From Ranitomeya imitator (Eukaryota): DNA of 64,000 bases. Where the stretch lies: NCBI RefSeq assembly GCF_032444005.1, contig NW_027193546.1, forward strand, positions 744,001 to 808,000, in the 5' to 3' direction. Under the pieces are notes generated by a model. It was given only the letters and a program-made list of their open reading frames with translations, was not told the origin of the DNA and made no database searches. Shown here one piece after another: positions 38,303-52,356 of the stretch. The translations under genes were made by a program, and so were the position numbers. Position 1 is the first letter of the stretch. Each line of letters starts with the position of its first letter.

Positions 38303-39009
38303 TCTCCCCTCTCTTCTTCTTTCTCTCTCTCTCCCTCTTTCTTAATCTCTATTTCTCTCTCCTCTCTTTCATTATTTCCTTCTCTCCTTTCTCTCTTCGC
38401 TCTCCTCTCTTTCTCTCTTCTTTTTTCTCTAAATCTTTCTCTCACTCTTACTCTTTCTTCCTTTCTATTTCTCTCTCTCCCTCTCTTTCCCTTGCTTTCT
38501 CTTTTTCTTACTTTATATCTATCTCTCTCCTTCTCTCTTTCTTTATCTCTCTTCTCTCTACTTCTCTATCTCTCTCTTTATGTCTTTTTGTCTCTCTCTC
38601 TCTCTCTTTCTCCCTTTCTTTCTCTCTATCTCCTTCTTTCTCATTCTCTCTCTTTCACTTTATCTCTCTCTTTCTCTCTCTCAGGGAGAGATTATCAATC
38701 CTTCATGTCAGCAGTGCACCTCTCCAAAATGAGGCAGATGTACTAGATTTTCTAGGCACCGCCATCTGCACGTGGGGTGCTGCTGTAATCCCTGTCATCA
38801 TCCTCGTTTTTCCTCTCCACGTTTCCATATCCAGCCAAGTGATCGCTGGGCCCAGTATTCTCATCAGCATTGCCGATACTTCGAGCTGTAGCAAAGGAGA
38901 AGGCACAAGTGATGATAACCCGCCTCTATGTGCCCTCAAGTGTCTCCGCTGTGGTGCGGGATGATATGCTATGGAAGGTTAATAATCAATAATTGTGTCC
39001 TTCCTACAG

Positions 39010-39686
39010 GCTCTGGTGCCCCATGGAATGAAAGGTTTCCCCAGGAGGGCGGTGGTAAAGATGTTTAATGACTTGCTAAGGAATGGTCGCATGCAAAAAC
39101 TCCAAGACTCGGACACCGTGCTGTCCCAGATTTTGGAGATGACGTGCAGTGACTTGGATTGGGAGGTGAAGGTGAACGCAGTGGACCTGGCACATTCCTA
39201 TATGTCCCAAACATTGGAGATGGGACCGTCCCTAACGTGCCCTTACACTATAGGGCTGCCATCTAGCAGAAGCTCAGGTTCCATCTCCGACGCTCTGGTT
39301 ACATGTGAATGAGTCGGGCTTTTTCCGGCCTTATTGACTTGTCTGTGTGACTGTGACCGGCCAGTGGCATTAAAGTTTTGTGAAATCCTTCTTGCTGTGA
39401 AGCCCAAACTGTGTAATGGGGACACTGATCCCTCCGAACAGCATGGAAGAGACTGGCTGGAGCACACGATAAAAGAGAAGCAAATGGCAGGCGGGGACGG
39501 TGCTGGGGCCGGCAGGGTCGCCCACCAGATTGGGCCACTGGTGTCATACAGAAGATGGATTTGGATAACATAAAATGTCCCCTTCCGAAAAACAGCGATC
39601 ATGTACACGAAACTCCCCGGTCACTGCTGCAGGACGTCAAAGCAACCTTATGGGGGGAAGAAATGCACGATGCAGATTGCTACTGA
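39010..39686 (+). pseudogene. BRAT1: BRAT1 terminal exon, pseudo-copy type b
   Basis: Copy of 24450-25126. Confidence 0.87.
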
Positions 39687-40507
39687 TGCGGAAGTTTATG
39701 GTACTTTTCTGCTGCAGATTTCACTGCGGAAATGCCTTTTGTGCTGTAATTTGTAGTGGATCCAACCTGTGTTTTTCTTTTTTTACTACAGTGCCCTACT
39801 GGGACCCAGAAGCCCTTCTGGCCATCCAACTGCTACTCAGGCGCCAATTTCTAAGAAAGATTTATCTCCTCTCTTTCTTTCTCTTTTCTTTCTCTAAATC
39901 TTTCTCTCACTCTTACCCTTTTCCCCTTTCTATTTCTCTCTCACCCTCTCTTTCTCTTGCTTTCTCTTTCTCTTTTTTCTCACTTTATCTCTATCTTTCT
40001 CTCTCCTTGTCTCTTTCTTCATCTCTATTTCTTCTCTCTCTACTTATCTCCCTCTTTATTTCTCTTTGTCTTTATCTCTCTTTCTTTCTCCTTTGCTTTC
40101 TCTCTCTCTCCTTCTTTCTCATTCTCTCTCGTTCACTCTCTCTCTCTTTGTCTTTATCTCTCTCTCTCCTTCTCTCTCCCAGGGAGAGATGATCAATCCT
40201 TCATGTCAGCAGTGCACCTCTCCAAAATGAGGCAGATGTACTAGATTTTCCAGGCACCGCCATCTGTACGTGCGGTGCTGCTGTAATCCCTGTCATCATC
40301 CTCGTTTTTCCTCTCCACGTTTCCATATCCAGCCAAGTGATCGCTGGGCCCAGTATTCTCATCAGCATTGCCGATACTTCGAGCTATAGCTAAGGAGAAG
40401 GCACAAGTGATGATAACCCGCCTCTATGTGCCCTCAAGTGTCTCCGCTGTGGTGCGGGATGATGTGCTATGGAAGGTTAATAATCAATAATTGTGTCCTT
40501 CCTACAG

Positions 40508-41185
40508 GCTCTGGTGCCCCATGTAATGAAAGGTTTCCCCAGAAGGGCGGTGGTAAAGATGTTTACTAACTTGCTAAGGAATGGTCGCATGCAAAAACTC
40601 CAAGACTCGGACACCGTGCTGTCCCAGATTTTGGAGATGACGTGCAATGACTTGGATTGGGAGGTGAAGGTGAACGCATTGGACCTGGCACATTCCTATA
40701 TGTCCCACACATTGGAGATGGGACCGTCCCTAACGTGCCCTTACACTATAGGGCTGCCATCTAGCAGAAGCTCAGGTTCCATCTCCGACGCTCTGGTTAC
40801 ATGTGAATGAGTCGGGCTTTTTCCGGCCTTATTGACTTGTCTGTGTGACTGTGACCGGTCAGTGGCATCAAAGGCGTGTGAAATCCTTCTCGCTGTGAAG
40901 CCCAAACTGTGCAATGGGGACACTGATCCCTCCGAAGAGTATGGAAGAGACTGGCTGGAGCACACGATAAAAGAGAAGCAAATGGCAGGCGGGGACGGTG
41001 CTGGGGACCGGCAGGGTCGCCCACCAGAATGGGCCACTGGGGTCATAAAGAAGATGGATTTGGATAACATAAAATGTTCCCTGCCGAAATACAGCGATTA
41101 TGTACACGAGACTCCCCTGTCACTGCTGCAGGACGTCAAAGCCACCTTATGGGGGGAAGAAATGCACGATGCAGATTGCTACTGA
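40508..41185 (+). pseudogene. BRAT1: BRAT1 terminal exon, pseudo-copy type a
   Basis: Copy of 25922-26599. Confidence 0.88.
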
Positions 41186-42005
41186 TGCGGAAGTTTAAGG
41201 GACTTTTCTGCTGCAGATCTCATTGCGGAAATGCCTTTTGTGCTGTGATTTGTAGTGGATCCAACCTGTTTTTTTCCTACAGTGTCCTACTGGGACCCAG
41301 AAGCCCTCCTGGCCATCCGACAGCTACTCAGGCCCCAATTTCGAAGAAGCACGTCCTGGTTATAAGAAAGCAAATGCCTTTGGCACTATAGAGGGTGATG
41401 TAGTAGGGATTATTTTTCTATTTTGGTTTGCTTCCAGTACAGTTTTCACATTAAATCAGAACAATTAAAGAAAACAAACAAAAAAAAAACACGGCACATT
41501 CCAGTAATTTTGAATTAAAGCATAACATTTTATATAAACAATGCATAAAAATGTGTCTTTCTGGGTTGTGATTGGTACATGAGGTAATGGCATAAATTAA
41601 CATTCAATCACCTGATGTTGATATGATGAAAAATCTCTCCTAATTTCACTTGCTGCTTTCAACCGTGTATTGGGATTAACTGTGGGGGCATCATACATTG
41701 TGGAGAGTATGATCCACTCTGATCTGGCATGGTCATGACAATAGTCGGGATACCTGCCGCTACAGGGAAGGAAATTGTATATAATAAAGAAGCTGGAAAA
41801 ATAATTGCAGAAACTGTACAATGGGCGGGAAATTCAAACTTCCCAACAGTTCTGTGTTCAGCCAATCAGCAGAGGAAGGGAGGAGCTAATGATTCTGTAA
41901 GCCCCGCCCCGGATAGCGTCATCTCTCCAGTTCTCTCTCTGGTCCATTCTTCCTCCATATAAAGGAGCAGTCCCTGAGGCTCAGGAATCAGTTTTTGCTC
42001 ATTGA

Positions 42006-42326
<321 letters not shown>

Positions 42327-43153
42327 TTGTGTTCTCTTCTGTCCTCACAACCCAAAGGCTCTTTTCAGAGCCACCCACATCTTCTAAGTGAGGGCTGCAC
42401 CTGACTGCTAGGATCTGATTTCTCTGCTTTGGTGATGTCGCTGTAATGTTAGAACACTCATCGGTGCCAACGTTACGCTCCGAATACTGAATAGTCCCAA
42501 GGATATCCTGACGTGGAAAGATTAAACGGCTTACCCGAAGCAGATCCCTCTACAGCTCTAATCAGGGGGGTGTTCAGGGCGGTTTCCAAATGTAGGTTAA
42601 TATTCTGTCTAGACATTTAATATCCTGTTCTTATTGGGCGCTGATTAGTAGATTTATGGGGGATATATATCCGCACTGGGCCGCAGTGATAATTTCCTGA
42701 TCAGATCCGTGTACAGGGAATGTGGCTGTAGGAGGCAGCTGGATAGATGGACGCCCTGTGTGTCATCACATAGGGTACGGCGACTCCTATGTGATGACCA
42801 CGTCCTGGACACTAATGTTTCGGGTGGATGGCGCCTCTGAAGACTATTATAACCTCCTCAGAATAATGATGGGCTGTTTGAGGTCTGATAGCCACGGCTG
42901 CGCGTTTTGAGGTCCTGTCATGTATTTATATATATCCGGTGTGTGCAGTGTATGGGGGGACACAGGTGTTGGTTCTGTTCCCTACAGCTCCTGTCCTGTA
43001 TATGTATATACAAAGCGTATACATTGTGTGCAGTGTATGGGGGACACAGCGCTGCCGGGGCCTGGGGTGAAGGTGCCGCATCTGTGGATACTCTGGTAAA
43101 GAAAAGATCAGCTGGAAAACGGCACGTAAGGAGTTAAACGGGAGAGGAAAGCC

Positions 43154-43630
43154 GGGCAACAAAATTAATAAAGGGGATGGGAGAACTACAATACCCAGAT
43201 AGATTAGCGAAATTAGGATTATTTAGTCTAGAAAAAAGACGACTGAGGGGCGATCTAATAACCATGTATAAGTATATAAGGGGACAATACAAATATCTCG
43301 CTGAGGATCTGTTTATACCAAGGAAGGTGACGGGCACAAGGGGGCATTCTTTGCGTCTGGAGGAGAGAAGGTTTTTCCACCAACATAGAAGAGGATTCTT
43401 TACTGTTAGGGCAGTGAGAATCTGGAATTGCTTGCCTGAGGAGGTGGTGATGGCGAACTCAGTCGAGGGGTTCAAGAGAGGCCTGGATGTCTTCCTGGAG
43501 CAGAACAATATTGTATCATACAATTAGGTTCTGTAGAGGGACGTAGATCTGGGGATTTGTTGTGATGGAGTGTGGGCTGAACTGGATGGACAGATGTCTT
43601 TTTTCGGCCTTACTAGCTATGTTACTATGT
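43154..43630 (+). mobile_element. CR1 3'-terminal fragment
   Basis: LGLFSLEKRRLRGDLI...GHSLRL...FFTVRAVRIWN.LP; ends in a ctatgtta-type octamer tail. Confidence 0.9.
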
Positions 43631-44023
43631 ACATCACTGAAGGCTGAGCGTTACCAAGGTTTCTCGCTCATTGTCTGATCACAGAATCCGTTGGGGAATT
43701 TGAATTCCCCGCTCATAATCTCCGGAGGATTGTTACAGGTCACTGATAGCGACAACCATCCCCCACCCCCTTACTGCGGGACCTGCTAACTACATGTAGA
43801 CCTCACCGCGGAGTATCAGACACTAAGGAGGGGACATTTCCTGCGAGCTTGGCAGACGACACTCCACCTGAGGGTCTGAGACTTCATGTGGGATTGACCC
43901 ATTCATCTCCTGTTATTCTGTGGATATGTGCACCAACAATGGCGGCAATGGTGTATGTACCATCAGCCTCATGCGAGGACCCCCGAGATAGGCGGCGCCG
44001 GCTCTTGTGGTGACGGTGTGGGT

Positions 44024-44039
44024 GGCTCTTAGAAGAGCC
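44024..44039 (-). terminator. Histone 3' stem-loop (H2A)
   Basis: GGCTCTTCTAAGAGCC-ACCCA, HDE-like ACAAGAGCC. Confidence 0.96.
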
Positions 44040-44068
44040 TTTGGTTTTGTAGAGATTGGCGGCAGCGC

Positions 44069-44461
44069 TCACTTGCTCTTGCTCGCCTTGCTGCTCTCGG
44101 TCTTCTTGGGCAGCAGCACGGCCTGGATGTTGGGCAGGACGCCCCCCTGGGCAATGGTCACCCCACCCAGCAGCCTGTTCAGCTCCTCGTCATTGCGCAC
44201 CGCCAGCTGCAGGTGACGGGGGATGATGCGGGTCTTCTTGTTGTCCCGGGCAGCATTGCCGGCCAATTCCAGGATCTCAGCGGTCAGATACTCCAGCACA
44301 GCGGCCAGATAGACCGGAGCGCCGGCGCCGACTCTCTCAGCGCAGTTGCCCTTGCGGAGAAGCCTGTGCACACGGCCGACTGGGAACTGCAGTCCTGCCC
44401 GGGATGAGCGGGTCTTGGCCTTAGCACGGACCTTTCCTCCTTGTTTGCCGCGTCCAGACAT
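44069..44461 (-). CDS. H2A: Histone H2A (replication-dependent type; Cys at position 39)
   Basis: 130-aa [27 protein letters not shown]; TATA (ttatatag) at about 44518. Confidence 0.98.
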   Translation of the reverse strand: MSGRGKQGGKVRAKAKTRSSRAGLQFPVGRVHRLLRKGNCAERVGAGAPVYLAAVLEYLTAEILELAGNAARDNKKTRIIPRHLQLAVRNDEELNRLLGGVTIAQGGVLPNIQAVLLPKKTESSKASKSK

Positions 44462-45252
44462 GATGCCGATAACTAATGACGGAAAATCGTGTAGAGAAGA
44501 GTCTGTGCTGTGTCGCCTTATATAGTCCGTTGCTCCGCCCTCCTCTCCTGTCGTTGGACGGATCTGAAGATGAAAATGGAGAAGAGTATTGGAGATCCAC
44601 CAATGAGCTACAGAGGGCGGAGCTTATTATTGCTCCTTTCTCAAATGAGTTTCTCACCCAATAGAAAACGTTCGCTTTGGACAGAATAGATAAGGGGTGA
44701 AAACAGATATCTGTCCTGGAGCAGAAGGAAATGCAGAAATATTCTGTTGACTTGTTGTTTGCACTTGTTGGACTTGTGTCTTCTATCAGCCATATATTGC
44801 ACTGACAGTCTGGCGGGTGAGGGGTTAATTCCTGTCAGGAGGAGGCTCCTCACTCACCCGCTTATTATCCTGTGCAGATCCCCTGTGGTGTCCGCGCTTA
44901 TACTATCACAGCCTGACTGAGACAAGTCTCCTATGTTCTGCCCGGAGCCTGATGTGACGCTGCCGGGTCTCGGGTGGGGGAAGTCGCCGCTTCTGTAAAG
45001 CGAGTGTGTAGTGGGGGGTCAGCACACACGGACACTGAGGAGTTAAATGGAGGCGGATATTCCTGTATCTGGGATTGGTCGGCGCCTGCGGATGTCTCTC
45101 GCTCATTGGCTGATTACAGATCCGTTGCTGGTTTTGAATTCCCCGCTCAGTTTCTGCTCTTTGTCCGTCGGGTTTATTACCGGCCCCTTTGCTGGAGCGG
45201 CGATCGCTGATAATACCGGGTCCTGTCATCCCAGCTGTCTGCCCCCAAACAC

Positions 45253-46145
45253 CTCCGTGTCCTTGACCTGAGTGCACACCATTATCCTTGTTCATGTGAT
45301 TTTTTGCTTGGTGTAGCACCGGTTTACCAGATGACGTCTGACATCTTCGCATACGACGACGCAACCAGTTCCAGCATCTTATCGCAAGTTTCAAACTCAA
45401 GTGAATTCTTGAAAACCCCTCCCCATGAGTTGAGGACGAGGGACTACGAGAATTAGCGACGAAAATTAATCTCATATGATTTACACTGCATAACTTTGGC
45501 AGAACATCATAAACAGGGCAAGATCCCGAGAGGTCTTAGGTGCAACCTGCGCCCAACACTTTTTTCTGAAGATCCCGATTACTGTGACAAATACAAGAGA
45601 ATACTAAATAAATGTTCTTTAGACATCATTATTCTGACCATTGAATTTCTACAAAAGGCTATTACGGAAACAAAGGACAGTATTAGAGCAATTGAAACAC
45701 AACTATCTTCTACATTGGCATCCACAGACTCTTACTTTTCGCTGCTCCGGACAGTATTCCCTTCATCGCCTCTGGTTGCCTTGTAAATATTGTACATATT
45801 ATATTTTATATTTTGGTGTATGTTTATTATTTTGTCTTTTTTGTTCTTATTCGTTTTCTATTACATATAATGTTATGTCACATACAGTTACTTATACTGT
45901 TTATTTGCTTTCCTAGTAACCCCATGAATAAGACCCGGGAGGGTCGAAACGTCGGGTTTCTATCTACGAATTATCACAGTGGCAATTGTTGACTTGTTTT
46001 CGTGAATAAATCTGGCATATACCTTTTGCATCATACCAGTTTCGAGTGTGCGGTATTTTTTCTTCTACTATTAACTTGACCACACGGTCTGTTTTACCAG
46101 CACCTCCGTGTCCTTGACCTGAGTGCACACCATTATCCTTGTTCA
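45253..46145 (+). mobile_element. Internally deleted non-autonomous Penelope-like element
   Basis: 13-bp TSD tgcccccaaacac (45240-45252, 46146-46158); empty paralogous site at about 50556; 47-bp terminal direct repeats (45250-45296, 46101-46147); ORF N-terminus from ATG 45331 with TAG at 45454 and the GKIPRGLRCNLRPT motif. Confidence 0.85.
45918..45958 (+). ncRNA. Minimal hammerhead-like motif (degenerate core)
   Basis: aaccc-C(a)TGAATA-a-gacc cgggag ggtc-GAAAC-GTC-gggtt. Stems I and II pair perfectly; the G8 position is T. Confidence 0.6.
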
Positions 46146-46659
46146 TGCCCCCAAACACGGGCGGGGATCGGTCGCCATTATTACTCTGGGGAGGTTATAA
46201 TAACCTTCATAGGCGCCATCCATCCGAAACATTAGTGTCCGGGACGTGGTCATCACATAGGAGTCTCCGTACCCGGTACACAGGGCGTCCATCTATCCAG
46301 CTGCCTCAGACAGCCACATTCCCTGTGAATATTCGCTGCCCTATTCACCCCACACGGATCTGATCAGGAGAATATTACTGTACAGCCCATTTCCCTGTAA
46401 TTCCGTGTTCTATTTATTTTATATATCAATAAGAAAAAACCGCATTTGTGCTGTGATGGGAGTCACCAGTACTTGGGGCATCTTACAGTCAGACTTGTGA
46501 TCGGATCTCTCTGCACTGCAGTGGTTTTATCTCACGTCATATTAACCCTATGAGATCTATGGCATTCGTTTTACATTATTACATCTAGTGCTAGAGGATC
46601 CTATCCTGCAATTGTATTGGGATATTTCTCCCATGATTCGTTGTTCCCCTCCACATTCT

Positions 46660-47592
46660 CGGAACTTCTACATGTGGGCAAAACAGAATTCATTGTCTTT
46701 CCCACATCACACGCAACCCCCCAACGAACCTATCCATTACAGGAAACGGCTGCCCACTCTCCTCAGTCCAAGTTCGCTGCCTCGGGGTAATCCTTGACAC
46801 TCATCTCTCCTTCAAACCTCATATCCAAGCCCTTTCCACTTCCTGCCGCCTTCAACTCAAAATATTTCAAGGATCTGTAGATTTCTAAACCAAGAATCTG
46901 CAAAAACCCTAGTCTATGCCCTCATCATCTCCCGCCTGGACTACTGTAACCTCCTGCTCTGTGGCCTCCCCTCTAACACTCTCGCACCCCTCCTATCTAT
47001 TCTAAACTCTCCTGCCCGACTAACCAACCTGTCCCCCGCTATTCCCCGGCCTCTCCCCTCTGTCAATCCCTTCACTGGCTCCCCATTACCCAGAGACTCC
47101 AGTACAAAAGCCTAACCATGACATACAAAGCCATCCACAAAATGTCTCCTTTATACATCTGTGACCTCCTCTCCCGGTACTTTCCTGCAACCTCCGATCC
47201 TCACAAGATCTCCTTCTCTACTCCCCTCTTATCTCCTCTTCCCACAATCGCATACAAGATTTCTCTTGCGCATCACCCCTACTCTGGAACCCTCTACCAC
47301 AACACATCAGACTCTCACCTACCATGGAAACCTTCAAAAAGAGCCTAAAGACCCACCTCTTCCGACAAGCCTACAACCTGCAGTACCCACCACTGATCGA
47401 CCAGCTCTACCTTCACCTACTGTATCCTCATCCATCCATTGTAGATTGCGAGCCCTCGTGGGCAGGGTCCTCTCTCCTCCTGTACCAGTTATGACTTGTA
47501 TTGTTCAAGATCATTGTACCTGTTATTATGTATACCCCTCCTCACATGTAAAGCGCCATGGAATAAATGGCGCTATAATAATAAATAATAAT
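46660..47592 (+). mobile_element. L2-clade LINE 3' fragment, frameshifted
   Basis: Pieces read KTEFIVFP, CLGVILD, ALIISRLDYCN.LL.GLP, LHWLP, LWNPLP, FKKSLKTHLFRQAY; (AAT)n-like tail. Confidence 0.88.
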
Positions 47593-48621
47593 ATTGCCCG
47601 AGAGCCGCCAGTCCTGACACTAGATGAAGCGGGGGAAGAAAAGTGATAGAACAGAAGGACGATCAGTAACTGAGCAGGGATCCTGTGAGGAGGATGTGAC
47701 GGCCGATAATGTAACTGCCTGACCTGTGAGATCCTGACACCACAGGGTAATGTTCTGAGCAGGGACACTCCGCAATCTTCTACACATGATCCTACATTTC
47801 CCATCACAGACCTCCTGCCTGCAGCCGTAGGACTGATCTGTAATGGGGAGACATGGTGGGATCTGCTGGGAAGGGCAGAATTGGTCTTCCCTGAAATGTC
47901 TCTTGTAGGATATGTCCCTGACCAGTATATCGTCTCCACAATACGGATTGTGACGGGAAAGGGACGATCTGATCGTCTCCAGGTCAGACACACGGGAACA
48001 TCACAGCATGTGGAGAACACGAATCATTCTCTATATCCATGAGAGGAAACCGGAGCGGATACAGCGCCGCTAACCTGGAAATCTGCAGATTCCTGTGTGG
48101 GATGTAAGAGACCAATGATCGCTCAACACAAGCAGATTTCCCGATATCGGTCCTGGGACCAGGTGTTATATGAAGACAAAAGACGGAAAAAAGCGGGAAC
48201 CGTAAACGTGTTACCATTGGAAACATTAGCTCCTCCCTCTGCTGATTGGCTGAACACAGGACGGTTGGGGGTTTGAATTTCCCGCCGCTTCTAAATGTAA
48301 TGACGTCACTTACACTGTAAAAAGAATCCAGATTAGGCTCTAGATCAACTCCACCACAAATGGCTCCTGTTACCTGAGAAACGAGAGTAATGAACTAATA
48401 AACGAGACCCCAGAATGCCGAGATCTGTGCAGCAAGGAGTTAAATAAGAAGTCCCTGAATACACATCAACTCGCTGAGCAATGCCCAGATTATTCCTGAG
48501 ATTTTCTCACCATCTCCCTCGTCACCAGGCGCAGAGCCCCGGGCGGAGCGAGCAGACACCTCGGGGAGACGGGAGAGGACACCGGAGCAGTGTGGGTGGC
48601 TCTTATAGTGAGGGTGTGGGT

Positions 48622-48637
48622 GGCTCTTAGAAGAGCC
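48622..48637 (-). terminator. Histone 3' stem-loop (H2B)
   Basis: GGCTCTTCTAAGAGCC-ACCCA. Confidence 0.96.
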
Positions 48638-48667
48638 TTTGGGGTGAGGAGCGGAGCACGGANNNNN

Positions 48668-49066
<399 letters not shown>

Positions 49067-49115
49067 TCAGCACAAGTGAGAAGAATAATGATCCTGCGCC
49101 TCCAAGAGCGGCGGA

Positions 49116-49170
49116 ATTTATAGCCCGGCCATGCAGATGAGCACTGCTGTCAGACCGCCGTTCTATTGGG
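49116..49170 (-). promoter_or_regulatory. H2B promoter: TATA, octamer-like ATCTGCAT, CCAAT
   Basis: Minus strand reads CCAAT...CTCATCTGCATGGCCGGGCTATAAAT. Confidence 0.75.
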
Positions 49171-49824
49171 TGATGAAGTCATGTGACCAACGAGAACGTT
49201 AGACCACTGCAGCTGATTGGTGGTTTCCCAAATCATTGCTTCATCTTTGCAGCGGGGATGCTGTATAGCGATGTAAAACCCTGTATAATGCTCTATACAT
49301 CTAAATAGTGCTGTGAAGCTCCATATACCGCAGTGCACCCTCATATAGCGCTGTATGTGTTCATGTTCTATTTACCCTTCATAGTGCTGTTATTCATCTG
49401 AATAGTGCAGAGTACCCCCATATACTGCAACCTACTGACAAATGACTGTGCCACATTATGCAGGCAGTTACAGTACAGCGCCCGACATGTTACACTCCGT
49501 ATAGTGCAGTAATATCTCCAGATGGTGCTGGAAACCCCAGCTAGTCAGCTGTGCCAGGACTGCAAACCCTGTGAATTCAGTGAGATGTTTCGGTAGTAGC
49601 CGCACCCAGTTTTCTAGGAAGAGCCGGCTTCCCTCAGGAGCTGTGTCCCCTGTATAAACTGCACTTATCCCTCCTGTGTGTGATCTCAGTAACATGAAGC
49701 CGGATCAGTCACTTCAGCCACGAATCTCTGCTCTGTGGTGACCGCAGTACAGTGGAGCACGGATCGTGTATAGTGACCTCTATATACCGCCTGGTGCAGT
49801 GTGAACCATCAGTGTGATCAGCGG

Positions 49825-49947
49825 TGCGGCTCTTAGGAGGAGGATGTGGGGGCTCTTAGAAGAGCCTTTGAGTGTGTGGACAGATGTGGAGGAGCGGAGT
49901 TTACAGTCCTGGCACAGCAGACTAGCCGCTTCCTGGATCTACGAGGA
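49825..49947 (-). pseudogene. Degraded H2B 3' remnant with intact orphan stem-loop (49851-49866) and HDE-like element
   Basis: Minus strand tcc tcg tag atc cag gaa gcg gct agt ctg ctg -tg cca gga resembles SREIQTAVRLLLPG; shares ctccgctcctc with the H2B 3' UTR; GGCTCTTCTAAGAGCC then CTAAGAGCC. Confidence 0.6.
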
Positions 49948-51475
49948 AACGGCCATTATCTGTCCCAATCACTGCACAAAGTCCTCCTTCAATAAGGGCT
50001 AATTTCCAGCTATCTGCAGATTATTCCGAGGCTGAGTTCTGCGAGCGACACTCAATTTGCACTGACAGTCTGGCGGGTGAGGGGTCAATCCCTGTCAGTG
50101 TTTCTCCTCCGCTCCATCTGCACAGGAGGCGGCTCCTCACTCACCCGCGTATTATCCTGTGCAGATCCCCTGTGGTGTCCGCGCTGATCCTATCACAGCC
50201 TGACTGAGACAAGTCTCCTATGTTCTGCCCGGAGCCTGATGTGACGCTGCCGGGTCTCGGGTGGGGGAAGTCGCCGCTTCTATAAAGCGAGTGAGTAGTG
50301 GGGGTCAGCACACACGGACACTAAGGAGTTAATGGGGGCGGATGTTCCTGTATCTGGGATTGGTCGGCGCCTGTGGATGTATCTCGCTCATTGGCTGATT
50401 ACAGATCCGTTGCTGGTTTTGAATTTCCCGCTCAATCGCTTTTCTTTGTCCGTCGGATTATTACCGGCCCCTCTGCTGGAGCGGCGATCGCTGTGTATAC
50501 CGGTGGGAGCAGCTCTACCCCGCTGATAATACCGGGTCCTGTCCTCCCAACTGTCTGCCCCCAAACACGGGGATCAGTCGCCATTATTATTCTGAGGAGG
50601 TTATAATAGTCTTCAGAGGCGACATCCATCCGACACATTAGTGTCCAGGACTTGGTCATCACACAGGAGCCTCCGTACCCGGTACACAGGGCGTCCATCT
50701 ATCCAGCTGCCTCTTACAGCCACATTCCCTGTACACGGATCTGATCAGGAAATTATCACTGCGGCCCAGTGCGGATATATATCCCCCATGAATCCATGTT
50801 ATCTTTGTAGGTCAATGAGAAGAAACCGCATCACCCGAAGTCCGCGGTGAAAGACGGGGGAGCAGACACGGCCCCAGTATGTCAGGACCCGGGAGCATAC
50901 AACTAGCACGTCCCAGGCTGAGGCCGGTACTACAGGCAGCCGCACAGGGGATATTTTGCCCTGCAGAGACGCTGAGCCGGATACTAATCAATCAGCGCCC
51001 AATAAGAACAGGATCTTAAATGTCTAGACAGAATATTAACCTACATTTGGAAACCGCCCGGAACACCCCCTGATTAGAGCTGTAGAGAGATCTGCTTCCA
51101 ATAAGCCTTTCCACGTCAGGATATCCTTCGGAAACTGAATGTGTGGGAATATGGTTAAAGAGACCCTACTCCCAGATCATACACACACGGAATCCGTCGG
51201 GTAAAAAACAGGATTTGCAAATAGGTCTCACAACCAAAAGCAGCGACAGAACCATCCGCCCAAAAACGGCATCAGAGGACGTTACCGAACTGCGGATCAG
51301 GGTCAGAATTACCATTCCCCACAATTATTTGGCCGATGGTAGTTTTCGACTATTCAGTATTCGGAGCGTAAATTCGGCACCGATGAGTGTTCTACTAACA
51401 TTACAGCGACATCACCACAGCAGAGAAATGAGATCCTAGCAGTCAGGTGCAGCCTCTCACTTAGAAGATGTGGGT

Positions 51476-51491
51476 GGCTCTGAAAAGAGCC
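51476..51491 (-). terminator. Histone 3' stem-loop (H4)
   Basis: GGCTCTTTTCAGAGCC-ACCCA. Confidence 0.97.
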
Positions 51492-51521
51492 TTTGGGTTG
51501 TGAAGACAGAAGAGAACACAA

Positions 51522-51842
<321 letters not shown>

Positions 51843-52356
51843 TTAATGAGCAAAAACTGATTCCTGAGCCTCAGGGACTGCACCTTTATATGGAGGGAGA
51901 ATGGACCAGAGAGAGAACTGCAGAGATGACGCACTTCCGGGACGGGGCTTACAGAATCTACATTAGCTCCTCCCTTTCTCTGCTGATTGGCTAAATACTA
52001 AACTGTAGGGAAGTTTGATTTTCCCGCTCATTGCTCAGTTTCTGCAATTATCTTTCCAGCTTCTATTATGTGTAATTTCCTTCCCTTATGATTGAGGGTA
52101 TCCTAAATATTGTCATTACTGTTCCAGATCATGGTGGATCATATCTTCCACAACAGATGATGCCCCCAGTTACCCTCCACACAGTATGATGCCTCCTACA
52201 CAGTAAGATACCCACACAGCAGGATGTCCCCACAGTTACTGTGTGGGGGTATAATACCCCCAGTAACTCCCCAAACAGTATGATGCCCTAAGTCCCCCCC
52301 CCCCCACACACACACACACACACACTTTGATGCACCCACAGTTATCCCCTATACAA

